DNA of 63,395 bases, counting the filler. It is 9 parts of 9 records of this genome, joined end to end, with 100 filler letters (N's around TTAATTAATTAA, not from the genome) between each part and the next. Parts side by side here need not be neighbours in the genome. Positions count along the whole stretch, not along the records: positions 43,796 to 48,946 come from SRR31147125_25911; positions 49,047 to 58,227 come from SRR31147125_25921; 7 more parts are not named here. The stretch is one strand, 5' to 3'. The notes below the pieces were generated by a model. It made no database searches and had not been told where the DNA came from. It saw nothing but the letters and a program-made list of their open reading frames with translations. Below, piece after piece: positions 46,603 through 55,043 of this stretch. Position numbers and translations under genes: made by a program. Numbering within the stretch: the first letter of the stretch is position 1; every line of letters begins with the position of its first letter.

Positions 46603-47148
46603 ATGTCAAACGCATATATCGGTGAAATCAGATTATTTCCCTACAGCTACGCCCCTGAAGGCTGGGCCCATTGCAACGGTCAGACACTGACCATTCAGGA
46701 TCACCAGGCGCTTTTTTCGGTCATCGGCATCACCTACGGCGGGGACGGCAGAACCACCTTTGGGCTGCCCAATCTCAAGGGGCGGGTGCCCATGGGATTC
46801 GGGCAGGGATCTGGGTTGAGCAACTATGTCCAGGGAGAGATGGAAGGCAGCGCCTCAATTGAGCTGAGCCTTGACAACCTGCCCGTCCACAGCCACACCC
46901 TGGAGGTCTCCACCGGGAAAGGCGAGGAATCCGCCATGACCAGCACCAATATCCCCGGGCAGCTGGTGTCTGGTACGGGGAAGCGAGAAACTGTCGAGGA
47001 CGCCTATGCCTCGGACACCCCCACCCAGGCCATGCATGAAAACAGCCTCAGTTCAGCCGGTCAAAGCTCACCCCATGAAAACCGGCAGCCCTTTCTGGTG
47101 GTGCCCTTCTGCATCTGCCTGAACGGACTTTACCCGTCAAGGAGTTAA
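46603..47148 (+). CDS. Phage tail-collar domain protein 3
   Basis: Start MSNAYIGEIRLF after GGAGG; CNGQ...YGGDGRTTFGLPNLKGR...LPVHSH...HENRQPF. Confidence 0.92.
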   Translation: MSNAYIGEIRLFPYSYAPEGWAHCNGQTLTIQDHQALFSVIGITYGGDGRTTFGLPNLKGRVPMGFGQGSGLSNYVQGEMEGSASIELSLDNLPVHSHTLEVSTGKGEESAMTSTNIPGQLVSGTGKRETVEDAYASDTPTQAMHENSLSSAGQSSPHENRQPFLVVPFCICLNGLYPSRS

Positions 47149-47151
47149 AGA

Positions 47152-47634
47152 ATGGCCCGTTTAAAAGAGATCGACCTGCGGCCGGTGGCATCATCGGATT
47201 GGCCTTTTCTTATAGGACTGTTTCAGGATGTCCGCCGGCGGGAATGGGAGATGCTGCCCCTGGACACGGCTCAAAAACGTCAGCTATTTGAATCCCAGCA
47301 GGCCGCCCAGTTTACCCATTATAAAACCGCCTTCCCAAAGACCAGGTTTCTTCTGATTCTTTTCAAGGGGACCCCGGTGGGCCGGTTTTTCACAAGTTCC
47401 TGCGAAGACGGGGAAAGGATTCTGGACATTGCCCTTGAATCAGGCCTTCGGGGAATGGGGATCGGGACCGCCCTTTTAAAGGACTATATTGACAGCGCCC
47501 ATGCCTCGGGCAGGGCCGTCTGTCTGGGTGTGGAAAAAAACAACCCTGCTTTGAAGCTTTATCAGCGGCTGGGCTTTCAAATTGCCTCAAAAACAGATCC
47601 CAGCTTTGAAATGATCCTTGCCCCGGGTCAGTGA
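47152..47634 (+). CDS. GNAT N-acetyltransferase
   Basis: DIALESGLRGMGIGT, NNPALKLYQRLGF. Confidence 0.9.
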   Translation: MARLKEIDLRPVASSDWPFLIGLFQDVRRREWEMLPLDTAQKRQLFESQQAAQFTHYKTAFPKTRFLLILFKGTPVGRFFTSSCEDGERILDIALESGLRGMGIGTALLKDYIDSAHASGRAVCLGVEKNNPALKLYQRLGFQIASKTDPSFEMILAPGQ

Positions 47635-47638
47635 AAAA

Positions 47639-48304
47639 ATGTTCAATGCAACCTTTATCCTGTCTACGGGCAGGTGCGGTACCCAATGGCTTGCCGCCGT
47701 TTTAAGCAGGCATCTTCAGGCCCGGGTCACCCATGAGCCCCTGCACAATGCCTATGCAACCGGTCCTGAGCCCACCCCGGCTGTGGTCCGCCATGCAGGA
47801 ATGATCCGCAAAATCCTGAAGAAAAGCGATTATATTGAATGCGGCCATCCCTGCTGGTCCAGACTGCCCTGGATCTGCCAAAGGCTTGCCAACCGGGTCA
47901 GGATCATCCATCTGACCCGCCATCCTGTGGAAACTGCATATTCCTGGCTGAGCCACGGAGCCTTTATCCCGGCAATTCTGCCCCACCAAAAGGAAAAAAT
48001 CCTGATCTCCCCCAAAGATAAAAATGCGTTATTTCCGGAATACCAACAGGCCTGGGATGGGTTCACCCCCTATGAAAAATGCCTGTACTATTGGCTTGAA
48101 ATCCATGGCCATGCAAAAAAATGGAAAGAGGCGCTCAAGGTGCCCTGGATGCGGATATCTTCAGAGGAGATCTTCAAGGGGCAGGGGGTTGATCAGGTAA
48201 TCGACTTCCTTGGACACGGGCCCAAGCCGCTGCCGGCCGAACTTTTTCAACCCGGATTGACCGGTACCGCAGCCTTGCCATGTCCTGGTCGGAGCCTGAG
48301 CTGA
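47639..48304 (+). CDS. Sulfotransferase-fold protein; C-terminus probably frameshifted, extending to about 48428
   Basis: FILSTGRCGTQWLA (5'PSB-like), HEP, IIHLTRHPVETAYS (3'PB-like). Confidence 0.65.
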   Translation: MFNATFILSTGRCGTQWLAAVLSRHLQARVTHEPLHNAYATGPEPTPAVVRHAGMIRKILKKSDYIECGHPCWSRLPWICQRLANRVRIIHLTRHPVETAYSWLSHGAFIPAILPHQKEKILISPKDKNALFPEYQQAWDGFTPYEKCLYYWLEIHGHAKKWKEALKVPWMRISSEEIFKGQGVDQVIDFLGHGPKPLPAELFQPGLTGTAALPCPGRSLS

Positions 48305-48520
48305 TCCATCGGCATCCTGCCGTGCTTGAAATGGCGGACCTTTTGGGGTATACCCCTCTGGAAATCAACCGGACCGAAATCCTGAAGCGTTACTACGCCT
48401 CCGGCCCCGGAATCTGCCCCCCCTTGAATAAAAGCGATTGACAAAAAATAGCAGGCATTTATATAGTAGAGTCGGCCATGCGGCCGACAGAATTTCAAAT
48501 GGTTAGTCATCAGGAGGAAT

Positions 48521-48946
48521 ATGAAATCTTTCACCGAAGTCAAACCGGGCCGGCGATGGTTTCAGCAGGTCTATCTGGAGATCATGCTCTGGTTTGTGGG
48601 ACGGGCCATCCAGGCGGCCGCCAGGGTGGACAAGGCTGTGGCCAAAGAATTTTCCGCCATGCCCGAGGGGTATACCTTCAGCCTGGGTGCCTTTCCCCAC
48701 GGCCCCCACATGGTGGTGGGCAAGGACGACACCGGCCGGGTCAGATACCTGGGCCGCAACCCGGACAAACAGCCCGTCCACCTGCAAATGATGCTCAAGA
48801 GCATGGGATCTTTGTTTACCCTGTTCACCTTCAGGGAAAGCACCCCGGTCGCCAATGCCCGGTCCAGGCTCTTTGTCACCGGAGATGTACCCCAGGCCTG
48901 CGCCGCCGTGAGGATTCTGGACATTGTCCAGGTCTATCTTCTGCCC
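48521..48946 (+). CDS. Conserved hypothetical protein (possibly SCP2-like), 3' truncated
   Basis: RBS AGGAGG, open frame to the contig end; LFVTGD resembles the SCP2 C-terminal motif. Confidence 0.5.
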
Positions 48947-49046
48947 NNNNNNNNNNNNNNNNNNNNNNNNNNNNNNNNNNNNNNNNNNNNTTAATTAATT
49001 AANNNNNNNNNNNNNNNNNNNNNNNNNNNNNNNNNNNNNNNNNNNN
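48947..49046. other. Artificial contig linker
   Basis: N44-TTAATTAATTAA-N44. Confidence 0.98.
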
Positions 49047-49226
49047 GCGGGACTATCTGATAAAACGCTTTTAGTTGTGTGATGGAAAAAAATATAAAAA
49101 ACTCCCCTTTGACCCTAAAAACTAATCTGCTAAGACAGAAGAAATTAACGGCATGCCTTTCAATTTTTAATTCAAGAGTAGGAACGAAAAATTGAAGCTG
49201 CCACACCAAAAATACAGGAGAACAAA

Positions 49227-49460
49227 ATGGCAGATTTTGAGTGCGAGAGATGTGAACGGGAGTTTGATTCAATAGAATTTGACAGCATTGATGATGAAGT
49301 CAATGAAATGGAGCCCTTGTGCCCTAATTGTCAGGAAGCTTCCAGGATTGAAAAACAAGAGTGTGAATATTGCGACAAGCAAGCAACCCATGAAGCAGGA
49401 GATCTGTACTTGTGCGAAGATTGCTTTGAGGATTGGGCAGACGGATTCCGGCGAGATTAG
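49227..49460 (+). CDS. Small acidic double zinc-ribbon protein
   Basis: RBS AGGAG; four CxxC motifs (CERC, CPNC, CEYC, CEDC). Confidence 0.7.
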   Translation: MADFECERCEREFDSIEFDSIDDEVNEMEPLCPNCQEASRIEKQECEYCDKQATHEAGDLYLCEDCFEDWADGFRRD

Positions 49461-49491
49461 AACAATTATTTTTTTCGGGACCGAACTAAAT

Positions 49492-49516
49492 ACCCACCGG
49501 TTTCAAACCGGTGGGT
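49492..49516. repeat. Perfect 12-bp inverted repeat
   Basis: ACCCACCGGTTT-C-AAACCGGTGGGT. Confidence 0.85.
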
Positions 49517-49602
49517 GTTCTATGCCCTCAAGGGCCAAAACCCTATCGCTTGATAAAAAATAATGGATAAATCTCGAATTCAAAAAATAGCGAGGTATCA
49601 TC

Positions 49603-51202
49603 TTGATTCAGCACAATGTAATATGCAGCATGATTGAAAACGAATTGAAAAAGCATAGCCTCAGTTTAGAGACTGATGATTTAAAAACTTTTTATACAGA
49701 CCCAAATAGTATCACACTTAGAACTGTATCTTCTGGAAGAATTTTGAATGGCACAGGAGGTCTTCACTATTCGGAATATCTATACCATCATTATTTAACA
49801 AAAGAACAAAAAAGAAAAATATTCGTTTCAAGTTATGAAATAGGACATCCCGACCCTATTCCCGACAGGTTAGAAAAGAGTCTATTTGCTTATTTACATA
49901 AAAAATATGGTGGAGGAGATGTAGAAGGTGTAGTCAAAAGGATCAAAAAACAGATCTCAGCATTAACTAATATTCCTTTTAAAAATTTTCTCAATCAGGA
50001 TAGAAACATTGCATACAAAGTTCTGACCTTATTTTACAGAGTTAGTCAACAACACAAAAGCCAACTTTTCACTTTTTTACGTAAGGAGGATGAACAAAAA
50101 GCAGAGTTTGAATTTCGTTCCTCATATCCCTCTGAATTAGATAATGCTTGTCAAAATTCTGCTATCATAGCGGAATTGCTATCTTCTCTTTCTTTCAGTA
50201 TGCCTTTAAACGAATGGACTACAGCTCAACAAATATCTGCAAACTTAGCTGAGGCTGGAAATATTATTAGCGAACGTATTCAGGATGAGATAAAAAAAGA
50301 ATCACAATCATTAGAATACTCACCTAAAGATATCTACGTTAAGTTGAAACAATTATTGCCTGAAGCGATGCAGAAAAGCAACTGTGATAACAACCAATTG
50401 CTTTTTCGTTTATATGCCGCATTAACGTTACAAGAGTATTCGTTTCGTAGTAAATCGAACGAAATATTAGCCAAGTCTGTTTATTCACATCCTATAAAAA
50501 TGAAAACATTGTATCGTGCGAGATTGAAAACATTTAACGATGAAGACGTTTTGCCTTATTTATTAGGTCACAAGATTCCCAGAAAACGATCAGAATTAGA
50601 TCTAAAAGCCAAATTTATCAAAAAAATCATCCTTTCTTATGCCCCCATCAACTCAGAGCTAAGAAAAAGATTCCCTAAAATGAATTTCCAAATCATCAAG
50701 GCAATGATCCTACATGATGAAAAGCTAAATATTAAAATCCCTTCGAAAGTAAAAGGAATAGGAAACACCCCTAACTCGGTAACTTCAATCTTAAAAAATG
50801 CTGTCAAGTATTCAAAAAAGAATTCAAACAGCCTTCCCCCACTGACATTATATCCGGAAGCATTGGTATTGTATTGGCAAATACGCTATCATCTTATCTG
50901 TAATGCATTATTTTCCAAAAACATGGAAACTGTCATAAATAACTATTGTAAAAAATCAGAATTAAACCGGATCGTAGATATTGAATTATTAAACTATTTT
51001 TCATTTCAAGGTTCGTCAACATTCGAAAATATGTCTATATTGTCAGGGGAAAAGTGATAATCTCGTTTTACCCAAAAACATAAGGGATATCGGATATGGG
51101 GCAAGAACTTTTGATGTAGATGGTGCCTACAAATGGCTCACTCAATTAATAAACTCAACTCATAATTATCAAGCTGAAAAATTTCAACCATCAAAATACT
51201 GA
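49603..51202 (+). CDS. Hypothetical protein; track ORF ends at 51057, but a -1 correction at about 51050 extends it to 51202
   Basis: 484-aa AT-rich ORF. The alternative frame SDNLVLPKNIRD...EKFQPSKY* stays open to TGA 51200-51202, inside the attC-like site. Confidence 0.65.
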
Positions 51203-51232
51203 CGGACAAGCCGCAGATTTTGGATGTTCACA
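51182..51232 (+). mobile_element. attC-like site A (short, best preserved)
   Basis: TTTCAAC-CAT-CAAAAT[A]CTG[A]CGG-ACAAG-CCGCAGATTTTG-GAT-GTTCACA: AAC/GTT ends and a perfect 12-bp stem with two extrahelical bases. Confidence 0.7.
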
Positions 51233-51237
51233 AGGAC

Positions 51238-51317
51238 GCCGGACGCGGGGTTGCCAATCGCCCGATAAAATGCTACCGCTGAAGCTTTACCAGCGGGCAG
51301 CTTAACCTTCGTTAATA
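51238..51317 (+). mobile_element. Degenerate attC-like site B
   Basis: GCCGGAC...GGTT/AACC and GCCCG/CGGGC arms...GTTAATA; ATG follows at 51322. Confidence 0.45.
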
Positions 51318-51321
51318 ATAA

Positions 51322-52068
51322 ATGGAATCCTACGACTACAACATCAAATTTTGGGAGCCTTACATCAATCGTCAGTTTATTGATCAAGTTGAATTACTGC
51401 ATAAAACGGTTGGACAACGGCTTATTCCGACCTTCAACTCAGTAGAGCAAGAGGCAGAAGAAATTACTGAAAAAAAATGGAATGAATTAAATTCTTCCGC
51501 ATGCTCTCCTGATATTGATCCAGCAGATTTGGCTGAAGCTGCTGAGGAAGAAGGTGTTAACTATTTTTTAATGCTTGCAGATATCAAGCAGTCTCTGCTT
51601 AATACTACAGCTATAACGTTATTTCATCTATTTGAGCAACAGGTGATTTTTATTTTAAGAAGAGAGATAGTCCATCCCGCAGAGGAATTTTGTGCAAACC
51701 TGATGAAGATCGATGAGTTCAAGAAAAGGCTTTCATCTTCAGGAATCAATATCACCAAATTCAGGTCATGGAATACAATTTGTGAATTAAAATTCCTTGC
51801 CAATGCGACAAAACATGGTGGAGGTTCTTCTGCTGAAAAATTACGAAAACTTCGGCCCGACTTATTCTCACATCCTCTATCTATTGAACGAAAATTAGGG
51901 CAAATAGGCAAATCTCCATCGAAACGGCTCTACTCTCCATTGTCCGGTGAGGATATCTATGTTTCAGAAACGGATTTGACAAAGTACAAAAATGCTATTG
52001 TGAACTTTTGGAAAGATTATATTGAATGCTGTAATAAGAAATTAAAGGATACAATTCAACAAGGTTAA
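51322..52068 (+). CDS. Hypothetical protein, HEPN-like helical fold
   Basis: ITLFHLFEQ...WNTICELKFLANATKHGGGSS (N-x-x-K-H variant). Confidence 0.55.
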   Translation: MESYDYNIKFWEPYINRQFIDQVELLHKTVGQRLIPTFNSVEQEAEEITEKKWNELNSSACSPDIDPADLAEAAEEEGVNYFLMLADIKQSLLNTTAITLFHLFEQQVIFILRREIVHPAEEFCANLMKIDEFKKRLSSSGINITKFRSWNTICELKFLANATKHGGGSSAEKLRKLRPDLFSHPLSIERKLGQIGKSPSKRLYSPLSGEDIYVSETDLTKYKNAIVNFWKDYIECCNKKLKDTIQQG

Positions 52069-52113
52069 TGCAATCTACGTAATAAAAAGCGAGGCTGATT
52101 AGCGGTGTTTAGG
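52054..52113 (+). mobile_element. Degenerate attC-like site C
   Basis: ATTCAAC (RYYYAAC)-AAG-GTTAAT[G]CAATC...GGCTGATTAGC-GGT-GTTTAGG. The upstream stop lies inside it and the next ATG is at 52127. Confidence 0.65.
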
Positions 52114-52126
52114 GACAAATTTTAAA

Positions 52127-52618
52127 ATGGAATTTGAGAAAAATCTATACGAGCAACTTGGGAAAGTTACTGTATTCTATTCAGAACTTGAAGAAGCCCT
52201 TGAATATTTATTATCAGCATTATTAAATCAGCCTTTAAAAGTAGCGGCTATTATTCTTCATAGGCGGCCAATTTCCAATTCAACGAATATTATCGAAGCA
52301 TTATTCAAAGAAAAAATAATCGATACTAATTTGCAGTCACGTATGGATAAATGGCTGCAAGGAATGAGAGATTGCATAAATAAAAGGAACCTGTATGTGC
52401 ATTCAACCTGGTCCATTAGAGATCAGGAATTTACAATACGTAGCAAATCAAAGATAAACAAAAAAGGTTTTAAATCTGACTGGAGTTGGGCAAGGCCAAG
52501 TGAGATCGAAGAACTCGCAAATTCAATAGAGGGCATAACCTTAGAATTGCATGGAATTCTTTTAGAGATGGAGGAGAAAGGATTAACAGATTTTGAAGAC
52601 CTACCATTGGACTATTAA
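52127..52618 (+). CDS. Stand-alone HEPN-domain protein (putative RNase)
   Basis: LGKVTVFYSELEEAL...KRNLYVHSTW, an intact Rx4H motif in an all-helical protein. Confidence 0.65.
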   Translation: MEFEKNLYEQLGKVTVFYSELEEALEYLLSALLNQPLKVAAIILHRRPISNSTNIIEALFKEKIIDTNLQSRMDKWLQGMRDCINKRNLYVHSTWSIRDQEFTIRSKSKINKKGFKSDWSWARPSEIEELANSIEGITLELHGILLEMEEKGLTDFEDLPLDY

Positions 52619-52705
52619 AAGCATTACTTAGCCGATAAATGGAGCAGTATAAAGCGCTTTAGAAAAATATAAGAATAACAAAAACTGAATAGGAGTTTTT
52701 ACTAA

Positions 52706-53059
52706 ATGTCTGAAAAATATCGGTCGTTATTCGGCACCCCTACCAATGATGTGAACAAGGCTTTTCCTGACGTTAAATCGCTCGATATCACCATTGACCG
52801 AGACCCTTATGGCTGGTATTGCAGCAAAAAAGAACAAAAGATTATCCATTTTACAAAATCATCATTACAAAGATTCGTGACCTGCCCAAATCCAAGTTGT
52901 CAACAGGGTGGTCTTGACCTTCAACTAATCATATCCTACCAGAACAGTGATGAGTTTACATTATCATGTAAAGGGCATGAGGGGAGTCCTAAAGGCCGTA
53001 GGAAGGGAGATCCGTGCGACAATGCCTTTAAAATCACTTTGAGGATTGAAAGAGAATAA
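52706..53059 (+). CDS. Small Cys-rich (Zn-binding) hypothetical protein
   Basis: RBS AGGAG; CPNPSCQQGG...CKGHEGSPKGRRKGDPCDN. Confidence 0.7.
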   Translation: MSEKYRSLFGTPTNDVNKAFPDVKSLDITIDRDPYGWYCSKKEQKIIHFTKSSLQRFVTCPNPSCQQGGLDLQLIISYQNSDEFTLSCKGHEGSPKGRRKGDPCDNAFKITLRIERE

Positions 53060-53065
53060 AGGAAC

Positions 53066-53752
53066 ATGGATGATGAAAAAATAATCTATTCCGATTGGTC
53101 CTTCACCAATGAAATCGAAATTGATTATTCTAAAAAAGACACTTGTCAGCTGTGCGGACACAAGGGGTTGAAATATAAATATTATATCCGACACAAAAGC
53201 AAACATGATTTAATGATTGTTGGTTCAAGCTGTATCCTGAAATTCTCGGATATAAAAATTTATTCAAAAGATGGCAAATTAATTTCAAATGAAAAATTGA
53301 GAGAAAAAGCGCTGAAGGATTCTCTTAATGAGCATCTGCGAGAAGCTGCATTAAGTTCTTTGCGCGATTTATACAAAATTAAAGAACTCGAAATTCGGCA
53401 TCTCAAGGACTATTTTACCGATTATAATAATAGACTTAATATTCCAAGACCTTCTCAGGAGGAAAGAGAAAAATATCATTTTTTTAAGGATTTTGAATCA
53501 TCGATCATTGCAGCTAAAGACAATAAAAAACTATCTTTCGAACCCTTGTTTTTAATTCAAGTTTTCAAGGAGTTACATGAGCATGGAATATTCTATGAAC
53601 CTCTGGCTTTTCATATAAGCTTACGAACGCTTTCAGCACAGATTGATTTAAAAGGGTTGATCATAAATAGTTCCTCTGATTTTGAATTGATTAAGTCTTG
53701 TTTAAGCCCTACGCAATATAGAAAATATGTTATTGATTCATCCGGGAATTAG
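53066..53752 (+). CDS. Hypothetical protein with N-terminal Zn ribbon
   Basis: CQLCGH...IVGSSCI; starts 6 nt after the previous stop. Confidence 0.7.
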   Translation: MDDEKIIYSDWSFTNEIEIDYSKKDTCQLCGHKGLKYKYYIRHKSKHDLMIVGSSCILKFSDIKIYSKDGKLISNEKLREKALKDSLNEHLREAALSSLRDLYKIKELEIRHLKDYFTDYNNRLNIPRPSQEEREKYHFFKDFESSIIAAKDNKKLSFEPLFLIQVFKELHEHGIFYEPLAFHISLRTLSAQIDLKGLIINSSSDFELIKSCLSPTQYRKYVIDSSGN

Positions 53753-53765
53753 GATACGAATGGAA

Positions 53766-53817
53766 TCTCAACGACCTAAATACACACGGATAAGCCGGTA
53801 ATTTTGAAACATTCACT
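53766..53817 (+). mobile_element. Degenerate attC-like site D (same family as site A)
   Basis: TCTCAAC-GACC-TAAAT[A]CAC[A]CGG-ATAAG-CCGGTAATTTTG-AAAC-ATTCACT; aligns with 51182-51232, with GTT mutated to ATT. Confidence 0.6.
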
Positions 53818-53836
53818 AAAATAAAGGAAAGGGAAT

Positions 53837-55043
53837 ATGTCGCGTTCTGCTGACTATACGATCCAAGGTTTCTTGTATCAATTCAACAAAACTGCTTTAG
53901 AGATACTGAAAGCACAGGATGATGACATAGTTACAGTTGAGGGCATTGTTGAAGACATTGATGTGGTTAATCCCACGTCGCTGACAGCGGTGCAGTGCAA
54001 GTATCACGAAGCTAAGTATATCCTTTACGGCAAGCAAGGTATACAAGCCCCTGCTCCAGATGCTTAAATATTTTTCTGAGAATCAGACTTCTAACATTCG
54101 TTACGTCCTCTTCGCACATTTCTCTAAAGTCGGTACGCCAGCACCAACTATAAATAAGGCTATCCTGAAAGCTGCCTTGGCCTCCAAGGACAAGAAACTG
54201 GCGAAGTACGTAAATGCAGTGCCACCAGACATCAATCTCAATAGTTTTTTAGATCGATTCACTATGGAGTTTGGCCCCTGCTACGATGAAATTACAAAAG
54301 AGGTCAACAAAGAACTGGAGTCCAACGGGATGCCAACTGACGATATCGAAATACTCACATATCCAAATGCAATCCATATGATCGCCACGCTCAGTGTGAA
54401 ACATGATCCAGCTGAAAGGAGGATAACGAAGAAGAAATTTCTTTCTGATCTGACAGCTATCCGCAAAACAGCCATTTCTCGTTGGACACTGGCACTCAAA
54501 ACCCGGGAGAAACTGCTTCAAGCGTGCCGGAAGCAGCTCAAAATTCACCTGGATAAGAATGCGCGGTTACGCTACTTTGTCATTGATCCTAACGGCATTG
54601 AGGACTATGACAGTGAAATAGTACTTTTTATTTCCGATTACCTCAACAAATACCATTTTAAGCCTGCTCATATCAACACACCAATTATTTGCCTCTGCGC
54701 AAACCAAAATGAAATTCAGAACATTCAGCACCGGCTTTATACAAAGGGTATTGTTGCAACTGATGGCTATATGGGCGGGCAGTTTGAAGGTGCTTTTTTC
54801 TACAGAGAGCCATTGTTTTCTAAGGGTGTTGGGGGCAAAGTGAAACGCGAATTCAGTCTTCGCATTTTAAATTGGGGTGACCATGGGAACGTATTGAATG
54901 ATCGGAAATGTGATGACCTTTTTATAATAGGTGAGCCGGAATGCAACTCGATAGATACTGTGGACGTAAACGTCGAACGTCTGGCCGGAGCAACAATGAA
55001 AGAAATTAAATATATCATGGGGGTAAGCAATGTCTACGAGTAG
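53837..55043 (+). CDS. DUF4297 anti-phage nuclease (PD-(D/E)xK), one extra base near 54014
   Basis: MSRSADYTIQGFLYQF...VEGIVEDIDV...QCKYHE. Removing one A gives ..EASISFTASKVYKPLLQML.., joining 54060..55043; overlaps the herA start. Confidence 0.8.

Noticed and set aside
45549-47148. Prophage or tailocin
   Set aside because: No other phage structural, lysis or integrase genes; the neighbours are modification enzymes.
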